DNA of 64,000 nt from an uncultured Poribacteria bacterium (GCA_951813565.1 OX638351.1:4640001-4704000), one strand, 5' to 3'. Counted from the stretch's first letter, positions 9,467-19,274 are shown. The notes: generated by a model not told the origin, from the letters alone. Made by a program: numbers and translations.

Positions 9467-12088
9467 CTACAATTTCTTCGGATTCCAGAATGCACTGATT
9501 ACCGCAGTAATCGGAATTGCTAATACCAAGCCGAGTGTACCCGCCAGCAAACGCACAATCTCCGCTGACACGACTCCAAGGCTTAATAACTGCACTGCAG
9601 GTTCTTTAAAAAATTCAAGATTTGGTGCTGCTATCGTAATCACCAGTAACAACTCCACGCCAAGATAAGCGAATACCAAGGTATTGACCATCGTACCGAG
9701 AATGTCGGTGCCAACATTGAGTCCAGAGGCGATTAATCGCCATGTTGGCATATTCGGGTTTGCGCGGCGAATCTCTTCCATACTTGAAGCCACTTCAATC
9801 GCACCATCAACCGCTACGCCTAAAACTCCCATTAACATTCCTGCCAACAGAATTTGCACGAAATCAAAAGGGGGTGTCCGCGTTGCCTCAACAATATCTG
9901 CAGCAATTGCACTCTCTAAACCCGTAAAATGCAGCTGTTTTTGCGCAAAAAGCACGATCAAACCTGCTACAAGGATACCACCCATTGTTCCCAACACTGC
10001 GGAATAGGTTTTCCGACTCGGACCAATAACAAACACCAACGATACAAAAGCTACTACTCCCGAGGTAAGTGTAACAACAAGAATTGCGTTCATACCCTGT
10101 GAAATCAGGGGAAGCATGAAGAAGTAGATAACCGCACCAGAAATTAGCATCGCACAAACCGTACGGATACCTTCAATTCTTCCGACAAGAATAATAAGCA
10201 GAAACATCCCACCAACAAACCAGATAAGATATTTATCGCGAGCATATTCTTGTACAGTGTTTCCAAGAATAATTTGCTCAGAATCACCTCCAACCTTGCA
10301 AAGTACGATGTCTCCAGGCTCTGCGGGAATGCTTAACAACGGCATACTGTGATTGACAATATTCCGTAAAACTAAGTGTTTCCCTTTATACATCCCACTA
10401 AGTATCTTAACTTCAAGTACATGATTTTCAGTTTCAGCATCATATACGTTGAGATTACTTGTTCCATCATGTGCGATGCGAATACTGTAAGTCTGTTCGT
10501 ACTCTGCATCGGAAATCAACCATCGACTGTCTTTCCACGGTTTTATTGAGATAGTCGCGTCATCGGATAAAGCAATTCTATTGTTAGCAAATGCCTCCCG
10601 TAATGCCGAAGGCACAATTTTCTTCTCTAAATCAGTTGTATTAGTTCCATCAATAGTGAACAGAAGATCTCCAGTTGATTCGAGTAATCGAATCACTTTC
10701 CCCTTTGCATATTCTTGTTTTGTAATAAGTTTTCCTTGTTCATCATGTAATTCAAAAATTGTAGCAGAAAGTCCGCGTGTGCGATAGTAAACAAACGTTG
10801 AACCGATCAACACAAGAATCAATGCGATTGGTACTGCAACTCGGCGGGAAAAAATGCGAGTACCGCTATGTGTTGACTCACTACCGAATAATTCTTCTAA
10901 CTCCTCTTCGGTCGGTAAATTTTCGTGAATCTCCGATCTGCTTACTTCTATATATTTTGTAAGGAAACCTGCAACCGTGGCTGCAATCGGAACGGTAAGA
11001 ACAAGGCCAATAGTTCCAACTACTGCCTGAATAATAGCAACAGCTGTTGTCTCATCGTTAACCAATCGCAGAAACGGATATAAGAAACCTGCTTCAGGAA
11101 AATCGATGCGTGGCAGCAGCATTGTGATCATGTGTGCACCGAGGTAGGCAAAAATAAGCGTATCTGCCATTGTCCCCATAATATCCCGTCCAACGTTCAA
11201 CCCTGCGCGGATAGCTTGTCGGACACTAATGTTCGGATTCACCTGTTTGACTTCATGCACACTGGAAGATATGGACATGCTCACATCCATCATCGCGCCG
11301 ACTGCTCCCAAAATGATGCCAGCAGATAGGATACCTGTAAAATTCCAATGGTGTGCCGCCGGTGTCCGCCATAGTGCAATACCGAGTTCCAGAAAGCCAA
11401 ACTCTTGTGCTAATCCGGTTAATACCATCAAATGTTGGCTGAGGACAGACAAGATACCAACAGCGGTTAATCCTCCCAGTGTCCCGATCACACCTGAGAC
11501 AACTTTGAAACTAAATCCTGTAATGAGAAGGAAAGTTACTAATGTTAGAAATGCAGCGATTAACAACGCTACAGCAATCGGGTTGTAGCCGCTGACAGTT
11601 AGTGGAACAAGGATATAAAGAACAGAGAGGGCAGTAACAAACAATGTCAACATCGCACGTACGCCCTTCATTCCTGCAACCAGTATCATCAGAACCCCTA
11701 AAGCACCTGCAAGGTACAGCAAAAATGGAGTTCTGAAGTACTCTCCCATTGATACAGAATCAATTTTGGGATTTAAAGGATCACGGATTGGAATCTCAAG
11801 AAACAATATATCGCTTTTGCTTATCACACGGTCACTAAAAGCGCGTCCAATCCATATATTGTTTACTTGAACTGTCTCTCCGCGGAATTGGCCGGAGAGG
11901 ATACGGAAGGATAGAATTTGGTCTGCCTCATCACTTGTATCTATGTTAATTACACGTCCTAAACATACCAGAACCTGCAACTCACCACTCTTCGTTACTT
12001 CAGCAAAACGGTAAAGTTTCAGATGTAAAAAGGCAACACTTAGCAGAATAAGCAAAATACCGATGATTTTGATATATGTTTCCCGCAT
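9467..12088 (-). CDS. YibE/F-family membrane protein with two tandem YibE/F domains
   Basis: Twice-repeated G++GAxxDxxxxxSSxxE...NVGxDIxGTMxxTLxFAYLG signature. Confidence 0.88.
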   Translation of the reverse strand: MRETYIKIIGILLILLSVAFLHLKLYRFAEVTKSGELQVLVCLGRVINIDTSDEADQILSFRILSGQFRGETVQVNNIWIGRAFSDRVISKSDILFLEIPIRDPLNPKIDSVSMGEYFRTPFLLYLAGALGVLMILVAGMKGVRAMLTLFVTALSVLYILVPLTVSGYNPIAVALLIAAFLTLVTFLLITGFSFKVVSGVIGTLGGLTAVGILSVLSQHLMVLTGLAQEFGFLELGIALWRTPAAHHWNFTGILSAGIILGAVGAMMDVSMSISSSVHEVKQVNPNISVRQAIRAGLNVGRDIMGTMADTLIFAYLGAHMITMLLPRIDFPEAGFLYPFLRLVNDETTAVAIIQAVVGTIGLVLTVPIAATVAGFLTKYIEVSRSEIHENLPTEEELEELFGSESTHSGTRIFSRRVAVPIALILVLIGSTFVYYRTRGLSATIFELHDEQGKLITKQEYAKGKVIRLLESTGDLLFTIDGTNTTDLEKKIVPSALREAFANNRIALSDDATISIKPWKDSRWLISDAEYEQTYSIRIAHDGTSNLNVYDAETENHVLEVKILSGMYKGKHLVLRNIVNHSMPLLSIPAEPGDIVLCKVGGDSEQIILGNTVQEYARDKYLIWFVGGMFLLIILVGRIEGIRTVCAMLISGAVIYFFMLPLISQGMNAILVVTLTSGVVAFVSLVFVIGPSRKTYSAVLGTMGGILVAGLIVLFAQKQLHFTGLESAIAADIVEATRTPPFDFVQILLAGMLMGVLGVAVDGAIEVASSMEEIRRANPNMPTWRLIASGLNVGTDILGTMVNTLVFAYLGVELLLVITIAAPNLEFFKEPAVQLLSLGVVSAEIVRLLAGTLGLVLAIPITAVISAFWNPKKL

Positions 12089-12130
12089 TTTTTCCTCTCA
12101 GTTTTTGTGTGATCTAATAATAGATATTAG

Positions 12131-12534
12131 CACTCCCTGTCAAACCCCCTGCCTTTAGGTAGGGGATGTAGACAGCTCAGCAGTTTATGTGTCAAAAAAA
12201 CCTTGACACTTTCACCAAAATTTGATATATTGTCTTTAGCAGTCGGCATCGGTTCTGATTGATGTGGTGGTAGACCGCTCGGCAGTGAAACAATCAGGTA
12301 AAAGCCTTGCGATTCAATACTGCTAAAGTTCTTTGTAACATCTATTGCACGTTTAGGGTAGACGCATTGAAAAATGCTCACCCGCTTGAAAAATCACGTG
12401 TCAAAAATAATAAGTTGCCTTCGGGCAAGTGGCTGGCTTAGCAGCCACTGTGGAGCAGATGTAAGACGCTTCTTCGGAAACGCTAACTGCTACGAAGCAC
12501 AAGCCCCTGCCTTTAGGTAGTGGGTCACTATGAC
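12131..12534 (+). mobile_element. 404-bp non-autonomous IS200/IS605-type element, copy 1 (no tnpA or tnpB)
   Basis: Identical by eye to 60827-61230; subterminal hairpins cccctgcctttaggtagggg and cccctgcctttaggtagtggg; preceded by TTAG, ends TGAC, no target-site duplication. Confidence 0.88.
12203..12231 (+). promoter_or_regulatory. Sigma70-type promoter inside the element
   Basis: TTGACA-17 bp-TATATT with extended TG; the -35 overlaps inverted repeat gtgtcaa-N7-ttgacac. Confidence 0.75.
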
Positions 12535-12554
12535 AGCAAATTACATGCCAATAC
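12234..12554 (+). ncRNA. Structured RNA ending in a TnpB omegaRNA-like scaffold plus flank-derived guide (copy 1)
   Basis: Multiple stems with GAAA and cUUCGg tetraloops; ctgtggag...gtaagac...gaagcacaagcccctgcctttagg resembles IS605 right-end RNA; ends inferred. Confidence 0.6.
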
Positions 12555-12660
12555 AAAAATATCGTGCTTCCGAGAAAACGCACTTCAGCACTCACTACAG
12601 TTGCACGATAAGGGGCAGGACAAATTAAAAAGCACAAATTCGGGCAGCTTTATCAAATTA

Positions 12661-13009
12661 CTATAGTTTGGACAATTCTTGTCTTGTGGAAGTTAAGTTT
12701 ACAACAGAAAGCTATTTTTCTATGAGTTTTACATATCAGTGGAAACCTGCGAAAAATGCTGCACGCCAGTGGAGTGCTATGTCTATAGAAAACGGTATGT
12801 GCCCATGCTTGCACGCCAGCGGAGTGCTATGTGTCGAACCTCATACCGCTCCGCTGGAGCGGTATGAGGTTCATAATGTGGCTATAAACATATTGCTCCG
12901 CTGGAACAAAGAGGGTTTCTGTTTTGTTCATGGTGTCTTGATTGGAAACCTAAGTGGTGGACCAATTTCTTATATCAACTCACGTTTGAAAAAATTATTT
13001 AAACTATAG
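12661..13009. mobile_element. MITE-like element
   Basis: Imperfect ~20-bp TIR ctatagtttggacaatt / aattatttaaactatag; internal gcacgccagyggagtgctatgt twice and cataccgctccgctggagcgg shared with 1741-1890. Confidence 0.65.
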
Positions 13010-13046
13010 TCAAATTAGTACAGAATAGAATATCAGAGTTATAACT

Positions 13047-14918
13047 TTAGAGATGTTTTCGGATATTTTCGGCAACGCCACGAGGAATCCCTTTCACAGA
13101 GAGAAGTTCATCTAAACTTGCTTGTCGAATTGCATCAATTGAACCAAATTGTTGCAATAAAGCCTGTTTTCGTTTCGGACCGATATTTGGAATTTCGTCG
13201 AGCACAGACTCACTGAGGGCTTTTTGGCGTAGTTTACGGTGGTAGGTAATCGCGAACCGATGTGCCTCATCCCGTAATCGTTGAATTAAGTGTAAGGTCG
13301 GGTTGTCTTCCCGCAGTACAATGGGGTCTGGATTTCCTGGAACGAAAATCTCCTCAATCCTTTTTGCCAAGGCGATCAGTGGAATCCGAGTTGGAACAGG
13401 ATCCAAATCTACTTCAGCAAAAGGTAGAAGCGCAGATTGCACAGCACTCAACTGACCTTTTCCACCGTCAATTAACATTAAATCCGGTAATTTGCTAAAT
13501 TTTATATCTCCAGTCTCAGCACGTCGAAAACGCCGTGTAAGAACCTCTTGCATCATCGCATAATCGTTTTGCCCGACCACATCGCGAATCCGAAACTGCC
13601 GGTATTCACTCGAAGCCGGTTTACCATCTTCCAGAACGACCATAGACCCAACGGCATATCTATCACCAAGATTTGAAATATCATACGCCTCAATCCGTCT
13701 GAGCGGATGTTTTATTTTAAGTAGTTCCTGTAGTTCAACAAGGGCAGGATCAACATCACTACTATAAACCACGCTTTGCTCCCGCTGTATCAGAAGCACC
13801 TCAGCGTTTTTCATTGCCAAAGTTTGCAACCGCTTCAGTCTGCCTGCCCGTGGCACATGCAAAGAGACATGATTACCTCGTTTCTCGCTGAGCCATTTTT
13901 GAATTAGTTCTACCGATTCAATTGGCATCGGCAACACAATCGTTTTTGGAATCAGGACAGCATTTTGGTAATACTGAGAAACGAATGCACTTATAGCAGT
14001 TGGTATTAATTCTGGATGTACATCGTTTAGATAATAATGCTCACGTTCTAAGAGTTTCCCATCTCGAATGTGCAGCACTTGCACACAGGCAATATCTCCA
14101 AGACGATTTTGCACGCCGTGCTGAAAAGCGGTTGCAATACCGATAACATCTTCATCCACTGTTGAAACATTGTCAAGACTCTGTTGTGTGGTTACTGCTT
14201 GTTGAACGTCCTTAAGCATATCCCGATACCTCGCCGCTGTCTCAAAATCGAGTGCTTTTGATGCAGATTCCATCTGCTGGCGCAACTCTTTTACAACAGC
14301 ATTCGTATTCCCACCTAAGAACTGACACACCTTACGAACTATCTTTTTATAATCCTGCACACTTATCTTATTGGCACAAGGCGCGGGACACCTGCCGATG
14401 TGGTAATCAAGGCATGCGCGGTATTTGTTCCCTATTTCTACAAGCGGCAGCGTACAAGTGCGGATCGGAAACAATTTGGTCAACTGTTTAACTACCTGTC
14501 GTGTAGAACGAACACGCACAAAGGGACCGAAATAGCGCGTTCCGTCACTCTCCGTTTTACGCGTAATCATTATCCGTGGAAAAGGTTCATTTGTTGTCAC
14601 TCGCAGAAACGGATAACGTTTGTCATCTTTTAGTTTAACATTGTATCGTGGTTGATGTGCCTTAATCAGATTATTTTCCAGAATCAGAGCTTCTATCTCA
14701 GTGCTTGTGACAATATAATCGACCTCTGTCACATACCGCATCATCTGAGCAGTGAGAGGATTGTCAGTGAGTCCGCTCTGCTGAAAATAGGAGCGAACTC
14801 GATTCCGAAGGTTTACCGCCTTACCTATGTAGATAGGGGACCCATCAGAGGCTTTCATCAGATAAACACCGGGGGCACCCGGAAGAGATTGCCACATTTT
14901 CGGTTGGGTTTCCTTCAT
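13047..14918 (-). CDS. uvrC: Excinuclease ABC subunit C
   Basis: GIY-YIG PGVY..YIGKAVNLRNRVRSYF; IEAYDISN, DGGKGQ, RDEAHRFA; C-terminal HhH. Confidence 0.97.
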   Translation of the reverse strand: MKETQPKMWQSLPGAPGVYLMKASDGSPIYIGKAVNLRNRVRSYFQQSGLTDNPLTAQMMRYVTEVDYIVTSTEIEALILENNLIKAHQPRYNVKLKDDKRYPFLRVTTNEPFPRIMITRKTESDGTRYFGPFVRVRSTRQVVKQLTKLFPIRTCTLPLVEIGNKYRACLDYHIGRCPAPCANKISVQDYKKIVRKVCQFLGGNTNAVVKELRQQMESASKALDFETAARYRDMLKDVQQAVTTQQSLDNVSTVDEDVIGIATAFQHGVQNRLGDIACVQVLHIRDGKLLEREHYYLNDVHPELIPTAISAFVSQYYQNAVLIPKTIVLPMPIESVELIQKWLSEKRGNHVSLHVPRAGRLKRLQTLAMKNAEVLLIQREQSVVYSSDVDPALVELQELLKIKHPLRRIEAYDISNLGDRYAVGSMVVLEDGKPASSEYRQFRIRDVVGQNDYAMMQEVLTRRFRRAETGDIKFSKLPDLMLIDGGKGQLSAVQSALLPFAEVDLDPVPTRIPLIALAKRIEEIFVPGNPDPIVLREDNPTLHLIQRLRDEAHRFAITYHRKLRQKALSESVLDEIPNIGPKRKQALLQQFGSIDAIRQASLDELLSVKGIPRGVAENIRKHL

Positions 14919-14925
14919 TTCCGAC

Positions 14926-15501
14926 CTACCTCAAAAATTGGACTTTTGCATAAATTGCACGTAAAGCCAACTTACATTCTATTGATGTCAATACAAGCAC
15001 ATCGTCAAGCGAACGGAATTCTCTTAAAGTCCAGCTCCCATTTTGACGTATATACTGTTCAACATGCACACCGTTTTGTGAAACGAGGATATATTCTTGC
15101 AAAGATTCAAGAGTTTGATAGGACAAAAATTTGTCGTGCCGATCATAATTCTCGGTTGACGGCGAAAGCACCTCTACGATGACAGTCGGGTTGAGAAGTG
15201 TATCAAAGTGATTATCCTCAAAGCGCGGTTCATCGCATACTACGACAACATCAGGATATGTGTATAAACCGCTATCACTAACCTTCACACGCATATCGTT
15301 AGTATAAACTTCACATGTCCTATCCAGAAATTGTAAATAAAACTCACCAAATATATTGCCTGATAGTAGGTTATGCGGGCGACTTGCACCGGGCATTGCA
15401 ACAACCTGTCCGTTCCGATACTCGCTTTTGAATTCAGCTTTTCGTTCTTTCACAATATATTCTTCTGGTGTTAGAAGGATTTTTGCAGCCACAGTCGCCA
15501 T
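14926..15501 (-). CDS. Uma2 family endonuclease
   Basis: KSEY..G..AMPGAS..HN, YTYPDVVVVC, VEVLSPSTE. Confidence 0.9.
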   Translation of the reverse strand: MATVAAKILLTPEEYIVKERKAEFKSEYRNGQVVAMPGASRPHNLLSGNIFGEFYLQFLDRTCEVYTNDMRVKVSDSGLYTYPDVVVVCDEPRFEDNHFDTLLNPTVIVEVLSPSTENYDRHDKFLSYQTLESLQEYILVSQNGVHVEQYIRQNGSWTLREFRSLDDVLVLTSIECKLALRAIYAKVQFLR

Positions 15502-15519
15502 TATTTTCTCCGAATATTT

Positions 15520-16218
15520 TTACGATTTTTCATAGACTGCCCGATAAATTTTCCTGCCTTCTGAACGGTACTTCATTTCAAAGTTTGTAGTGATGTGGTT
15601 ATAGCCACTTGAATTCAATGGAACAGGTTCTAACTTTGTCAACTTTGCGAGTCTCTCTTGGATCTCACTGAAATATTCAGCAAAATCTGTTACGACGTAC
15701 AACTTACCAGTATCGAATGTAAGCGTTCGTGAAATAGCATCAAGAAACTCTTTATTTCGAAAGATTCTTCGCTTCTGCTGCCGTGCTTTCGGCCACGGGT
15801 CGGGAAAATAGATATGATACGCTTGCACCGATTCATCAGGCACATATCGCGTCAAAAAGTAATTGGCATCTGTCCACGCGAGGCGTACATTCTCAAACAT
15901 GCCTGAATTCTTGTCTATTGAGAAATGCCGCATATATTTCTTAAACCGCTCACGTGTGATTTCTACATACTTTTGCGCGCGTTCCACACCGATATAGTTT
16001 ATCTGTGGAAACTGCTTTGATGCTTCTAATAAAAACCGCCCTTTGCCTGGACCGACCTCTATTTCTACTGGATGCGCATTGCCGAAGAGGTTTTGCCAGT
16101 CAATTGGAGAAGGTAGATCGTGTAAAGACACGACATTGTCATGGACTGCATCAATTATCTGTGAGTAGGAAGTGGTGCATTTATAGTAGATATCGTTGTA
16201 ACGAGGTTCCGCATTCAT
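15520..16218 (-). CDS. trmB: tRNA (guanine-N7)-methyltransferase
   Basis: EVGPGKG, YFPDPWPK, TNFEMKY motifs. Confidence 0.9.
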   Translation of the reverse strand: MNAEPRYNDIYYKCTTSYSQIIDAVHDNVVSLHDLPSPIDWQNLFGNAHPVEIEVGPGKGRFLLEASKQFPQINYIGVERAQKYVEITRERFKKYMRHFSIDKNSGMFENVRLAWTDANYFLTRYVPDESVQAYHIYFPDPWPKARQQKRRIFRNKEFLDAISRTLTFDTGKLYVVTDFAEYFSEIQERLAKLTKLEPVPLNSSGYNHITTNFEMKYRSEGRKIYRAVYEKS

Positions 16219-16988
16219 TATTCGTTTTGCAAAAATTTGTGTAGATGTGTCTTAATCAAGTTGTTTTGTGGTTCATAACCTAATACTTCAACTGCGCCAC
16301 TGATGTCAAGGTAACTCTGCTGGTACCCATCCGAATTCGCTGAACGACCATAGGTTATCAGATATTTGACAGGTCCATCATAATTTACAGCCAAACTGAA
16401 CAGTTGGACACAATCGCGCGGTGTCAGGAGTGTGCTGCAGTGTCGAATCCCTTTCGGTTCTGATGTGCCGTTATAACTCCCAATACGTATGCTGATAAAC
16501 CGCATATCATGTGCGTCAACAAGGTATCGCCCCGCAATCTCTGCCATGCCTTTCATCGCGCCATACCAACCATCAGGGCGAAATTGGTCGCCGGTAGAAA
16601 ACTTTGGCGGTGAACTCAATCGCTCATTCCATCCAGATACATGATTTGTGCTTGCATATACAATCTTTTGAATTCCACCCTCTCGCGCAGCCTCAAACAA
16701 ATTCATTGACGCACCGATGTCGCTGACTTCTCCCGGAACTTTACCAAGCGAATCTTGGCGGACATAAGCCAAATGCACCAATACATCTTGTCCTTGACAC
16801 AACGCCTGCATCGCTGTGTAATCCCGAATATCTGCCTGTTCTACGCGTGATACCGATCCTTCAATCGGTTTGATATCCATCAAGGTTAACGTGTATAAAT
16901 CTTGCTTTTCCCATGCCTGCCAGAGCGTTGAACCTACCGTTCCCGCTGCGCCTGTGATAAGTACTCGTTGTTTCATCTTTTTCTCCAA
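16218..16988 (-). CDS. NAD-dependent epimerase/dehydratase (uronate dehydrogenase-like)
   Basis: TGAAGTVG, ASTNH, YGAMK, IRIGS. Confidence 0.85.
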   Translation of the reverse strand: MEKKMKQRVLITGAAGTVGSTLWQAWEKQDLYTLTLMDIKPIEGSVSRVEQADIRDYTAMQALCQGQDVLVHLAYVRQDSLGKVPGEVSDIGASMNLFEAAREGGIQKIVYASTNHVSGWNERLSSPPKFSTGDQFRPDGWYGAMKGMAEIAGRYLVDAHDMRFISIRIGSYNGTSEPKGIRHCSTLLTPRDCVQLFSLAVNYDGPVKYLITYGRSANSDGYQQSYLDISGAVEVLGYEPQNNLIKTHLHKFLQNE

Positions 16989-17107
16989 CTCGGCAAGGTA
17001 GGACTGTGCGCTTACCTCTTTTCATAAATTGACGCATAAGGTGCGGTTTCAAACCGCACTTACTTACAGCCACGTGTTAACATATTTTGGATTTCACTAA
17101 TCAGGTA

Positions 17108-17959
17108 TTAGGTGCGGGCTTGCAAGCGCGCGAGTTGTTCTTGGAGTTTTGCGGCTTCCGCTTCTGCCTGTTCGGCACGTGCTTCGGCAGTTTCTGCGCG
17201 TATGGCTTCCTGTTCAGCGTGTGCTTCGGCAGTTTCTGCACGTGTGGTTTCTTGTTCAGCGCGTGCTTCGGCAGTTTCTGCGCGTATGGCTTCCTGTTCA
17301 GCGCGTGCTTCGGCAGTTTCTGCGCGTATGGCTTCCTGTTCAGCAAGCGATAGTGCTGACTCCGCAGGTGTTTGAAGCCACTCATCTGCAACTGGGTCAT
17401 AAATACCTAAACCCACATTATCAACATGGAAATCTAAACCCAGAGCAGAAGAATGTAAACCGCCAGTCGGACCTGCTGAAATCGGAACATACACATCATC
17501 AACCAACTCAAAACCCATCAGCGCGGATGGTAAATACAATCCCTCTGCATCATATAATAAGTAGTCTTGTATTCCCAATAAACCGTAAAGTTCCAACTTT
17601 TTACCTAAGTCGTCTCGGTATGTGTTTTTGCTTGAAAACTCCATCGCGAAATCAGGCACCTTCCCTTCCTCCCAGACCTTATACGTCCTTCGGAGTTTCT
17701 TACCTAAACCGAAAGTGACCAGAACATCTGGCGCAACTGATTTACGCGGGTCTCCCTCCACATAATACATCAGTATATCACCAGATACATAGACTTCCGG
17801 TCTTTCTTCAAAATGCGTATCAAGAACTTGTAATGTTCGAATAAGGATTCGTCTGTGAAGGTCGCTGACTGCCATCGGTTTTCCATCCGTTTCTGGATAA
17901 ATGTCTAACTCATCTGTAGGTACGGAAGGGATATCGAGTCCTTTTAGATAAGTAGTCAT
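17108..17959 (-). CDS. Uma2 family endonuclease with C-terminal coiled-coil repeats
   Basis: YPETDGKPMA, APDVLV, EFSSKNT; AEQEAIRAETAEAR repeats. Confidence 0.88.
   Translation of the reverse strand: MTTYLKGLDIPSVPTDELDIYPETDGKPMAVSDLHRRILIRTLQVLDTHFEERPEVYVSGDILMYYVEGDPRKSVAPDVLVTFGLGKKLRRTYKVWEEGKVPDFAMEFSSKNTYRDDLGKKLELYGLLGIQDYLLYDAEGLYLPSALMGFELVDDVYVPISAGPTGGLHSSALGLDFHVDNVGLGIYDPVADEWLQTPAESALSLAEQEAIRAETAEARAEQEAIRAETAEARAEQETTRAETAEAHAEQEAIRAETAEARAEQAEAEAAKLQEQLARLQART
17160..17345. repeat. 42-bp tandem repeat, about 4 units, coding
   Basis: gtgcttcggcagtttctgcgcgtatggcttcctgttcagcgc repeated with few substitutions. Confidence 0.9.
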
Positions 17960-18032
17960 CGGTATTTCTCCTTTGCCATAAGATGTGTGAAAATAGGGTG
18001 AGAAGTTGATCCACGGTTTGCATTATGTGTTA

Positions 18033-18061
18033 ATTGTAACTGAAAATTGAGAAGGTGTCAA
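18033..18061 (-). promoter_or_regulatory. Sigma70-type promoter for the Uma2 gene
   Basis: TTGACA-17 bp-TACAAT on the minus strand. Confidence 0.65.
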
Positions 18062-18134
18062 GCAAGTTTAGAAGCAATTTAGGTGGGACGGTGTTGAAGG
18101 AGAGTACTTTACATCAAATTTCTATTCAATAGGA

Positions 18135-19274
18135 TTATTTTTTGGTAAGAATTATATCTCTCTCGCCTGGTTTTTTCTTTCCGTCACCGAACAAATGAGT
18201 TTGCGTTCGTCCAGTAAAAGGTTGTTCAATAATCAAAGGCTCTTCCCAAGATGGAGCTGGAAAATGTTTCTGCAATATCTCTAGTGTGGTATCAAAGGTA
18301 AATTCACGTTTAGAAGTTCGGATATAGATGGTACTATCTTCACCCATAATTTGTGAGGCACTTTTGAATACTTTCTCTAACAGTTCACTATATAATTCTT
18401 TTGATGAAAATTTTCCTGTGTATTCACTTTCACCATATCCGGGTTTAGAAGCACCTCCAAGTAGCCACAATCTTAACCATTGATCGTTATGATAGCCCGT
18501 GACACCTTGATACGGTGGCGACGTAAAAAGTAACGAACAAGGAATTTGTTTGCCACTAGCAATCCTCTTCGCAATCTTTGGCAATATTTGAGTACTATCG
18601 CCTAATTTAACTTCGCTTTGTTTTGTTACATTCGGTATGCCTTTGCTGTACCGCCTTTGTATTTTCCCAAGCAAAAATTCCTTAATTGGTATCTCAGGTG
18701 GGGTAATAAGATTTTCTTTTCGCCACCAGTCCATAGAGTACTTAGGACCCATTGCTTTTGTTTGTCGCATTTGATTGGAAAGACCCTCTCCTAACTTCCC
18801 GTGCAGATGAATAAGAAGCAATCCCATGAGCGTTCGGTCTACCTTACGACTCTTCCATTTTAGTTCCTTACGTGCAGTAATCAGAAAATTTAAAACCTTC
18901 TCTGAATAACACATCCTGAAAAATTCAGGGAGTTCCATTGGCTCTTGAACACATGCTTCGCTCATTTCAATAAGTGATTTAAGTCGTTTTTCTACATTGC
19001 GTTGAGAAGCTGTCTGTAATTTGGTTTGGGCGTATACCCATCCGAGTGGATTTATTTCAATACCTAACCCAATTCTATCTTGTGTTGCCGCAGCAAATAC
19101 ACTTGAAGCGCGTCCGGCAAATGGATCCAAAACGAGTTGTCCTGGTTCAGAGTATTCATTAACTATGTCAAATGCGAATTCTAGCGGGAACATTGCATAA
19201 TAGGGACCAACCGCAGCCCATCGTCCGATTGCATTGCTCATACTACGCTTGAATTTACCATTGACAAGTTTCAT
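18135..19274 (-). CDS. Amino-type DNA methyltransferase (m4C/m6A class)
   Basis: PYYAMFP, VLDPFAGRAS (motif I variant), GIEINP, FTSPPY (motif IV). Confidence 0.85.
   Translation of the reverse strand: MKLVNGKFKRSMSNAIGRWAAVGPYYAMFPLEFAFDIVNEYSEPGQLVLDPFAGRASSVFAAATQDRIGLGIEINPLGWVYAQTKLQTASQRNVEKRLKSLIEMSEACVQEPMELPEFFRMCYSEKVLNFLITARKELKWKSRKVDRTLMGLLLIHLHGKLGEGLSNQMRQTKAMGPKYSMDWWRKENLITPPEIPIKEFLLGKIQRRYSKGIPNVTKQSEVKLGDSTQILPKIAKRIASGKQIPCSLLFTSPPYQGVTGYHNDQWLRLWLLGGASKPGYGESEYTGKFSSKELYSELLEKVFKSASQIMGEDSTIYIRTSKREFTFDTTLEILQKHFPAPSWEEPLIIEQPFTGRTQTHLFGDGKKKPGERDIILTKK

Noticed and set aside
12127..12381. 84-aa ORF repeated at 60823-61077 as a transposase or cargo protein
   Set aside because: Antisense to the element promoter, no HUH, RuvC or zinc-finger motifs, and its stop codon lies in the flanking TTAG; likely a shadow of the RNA
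17087..17718. Several overlapping ORFs on both strands
   Set aside because: Artefacts of the stop-free 42-bp repeat; only the Uma2 frame has family motifs
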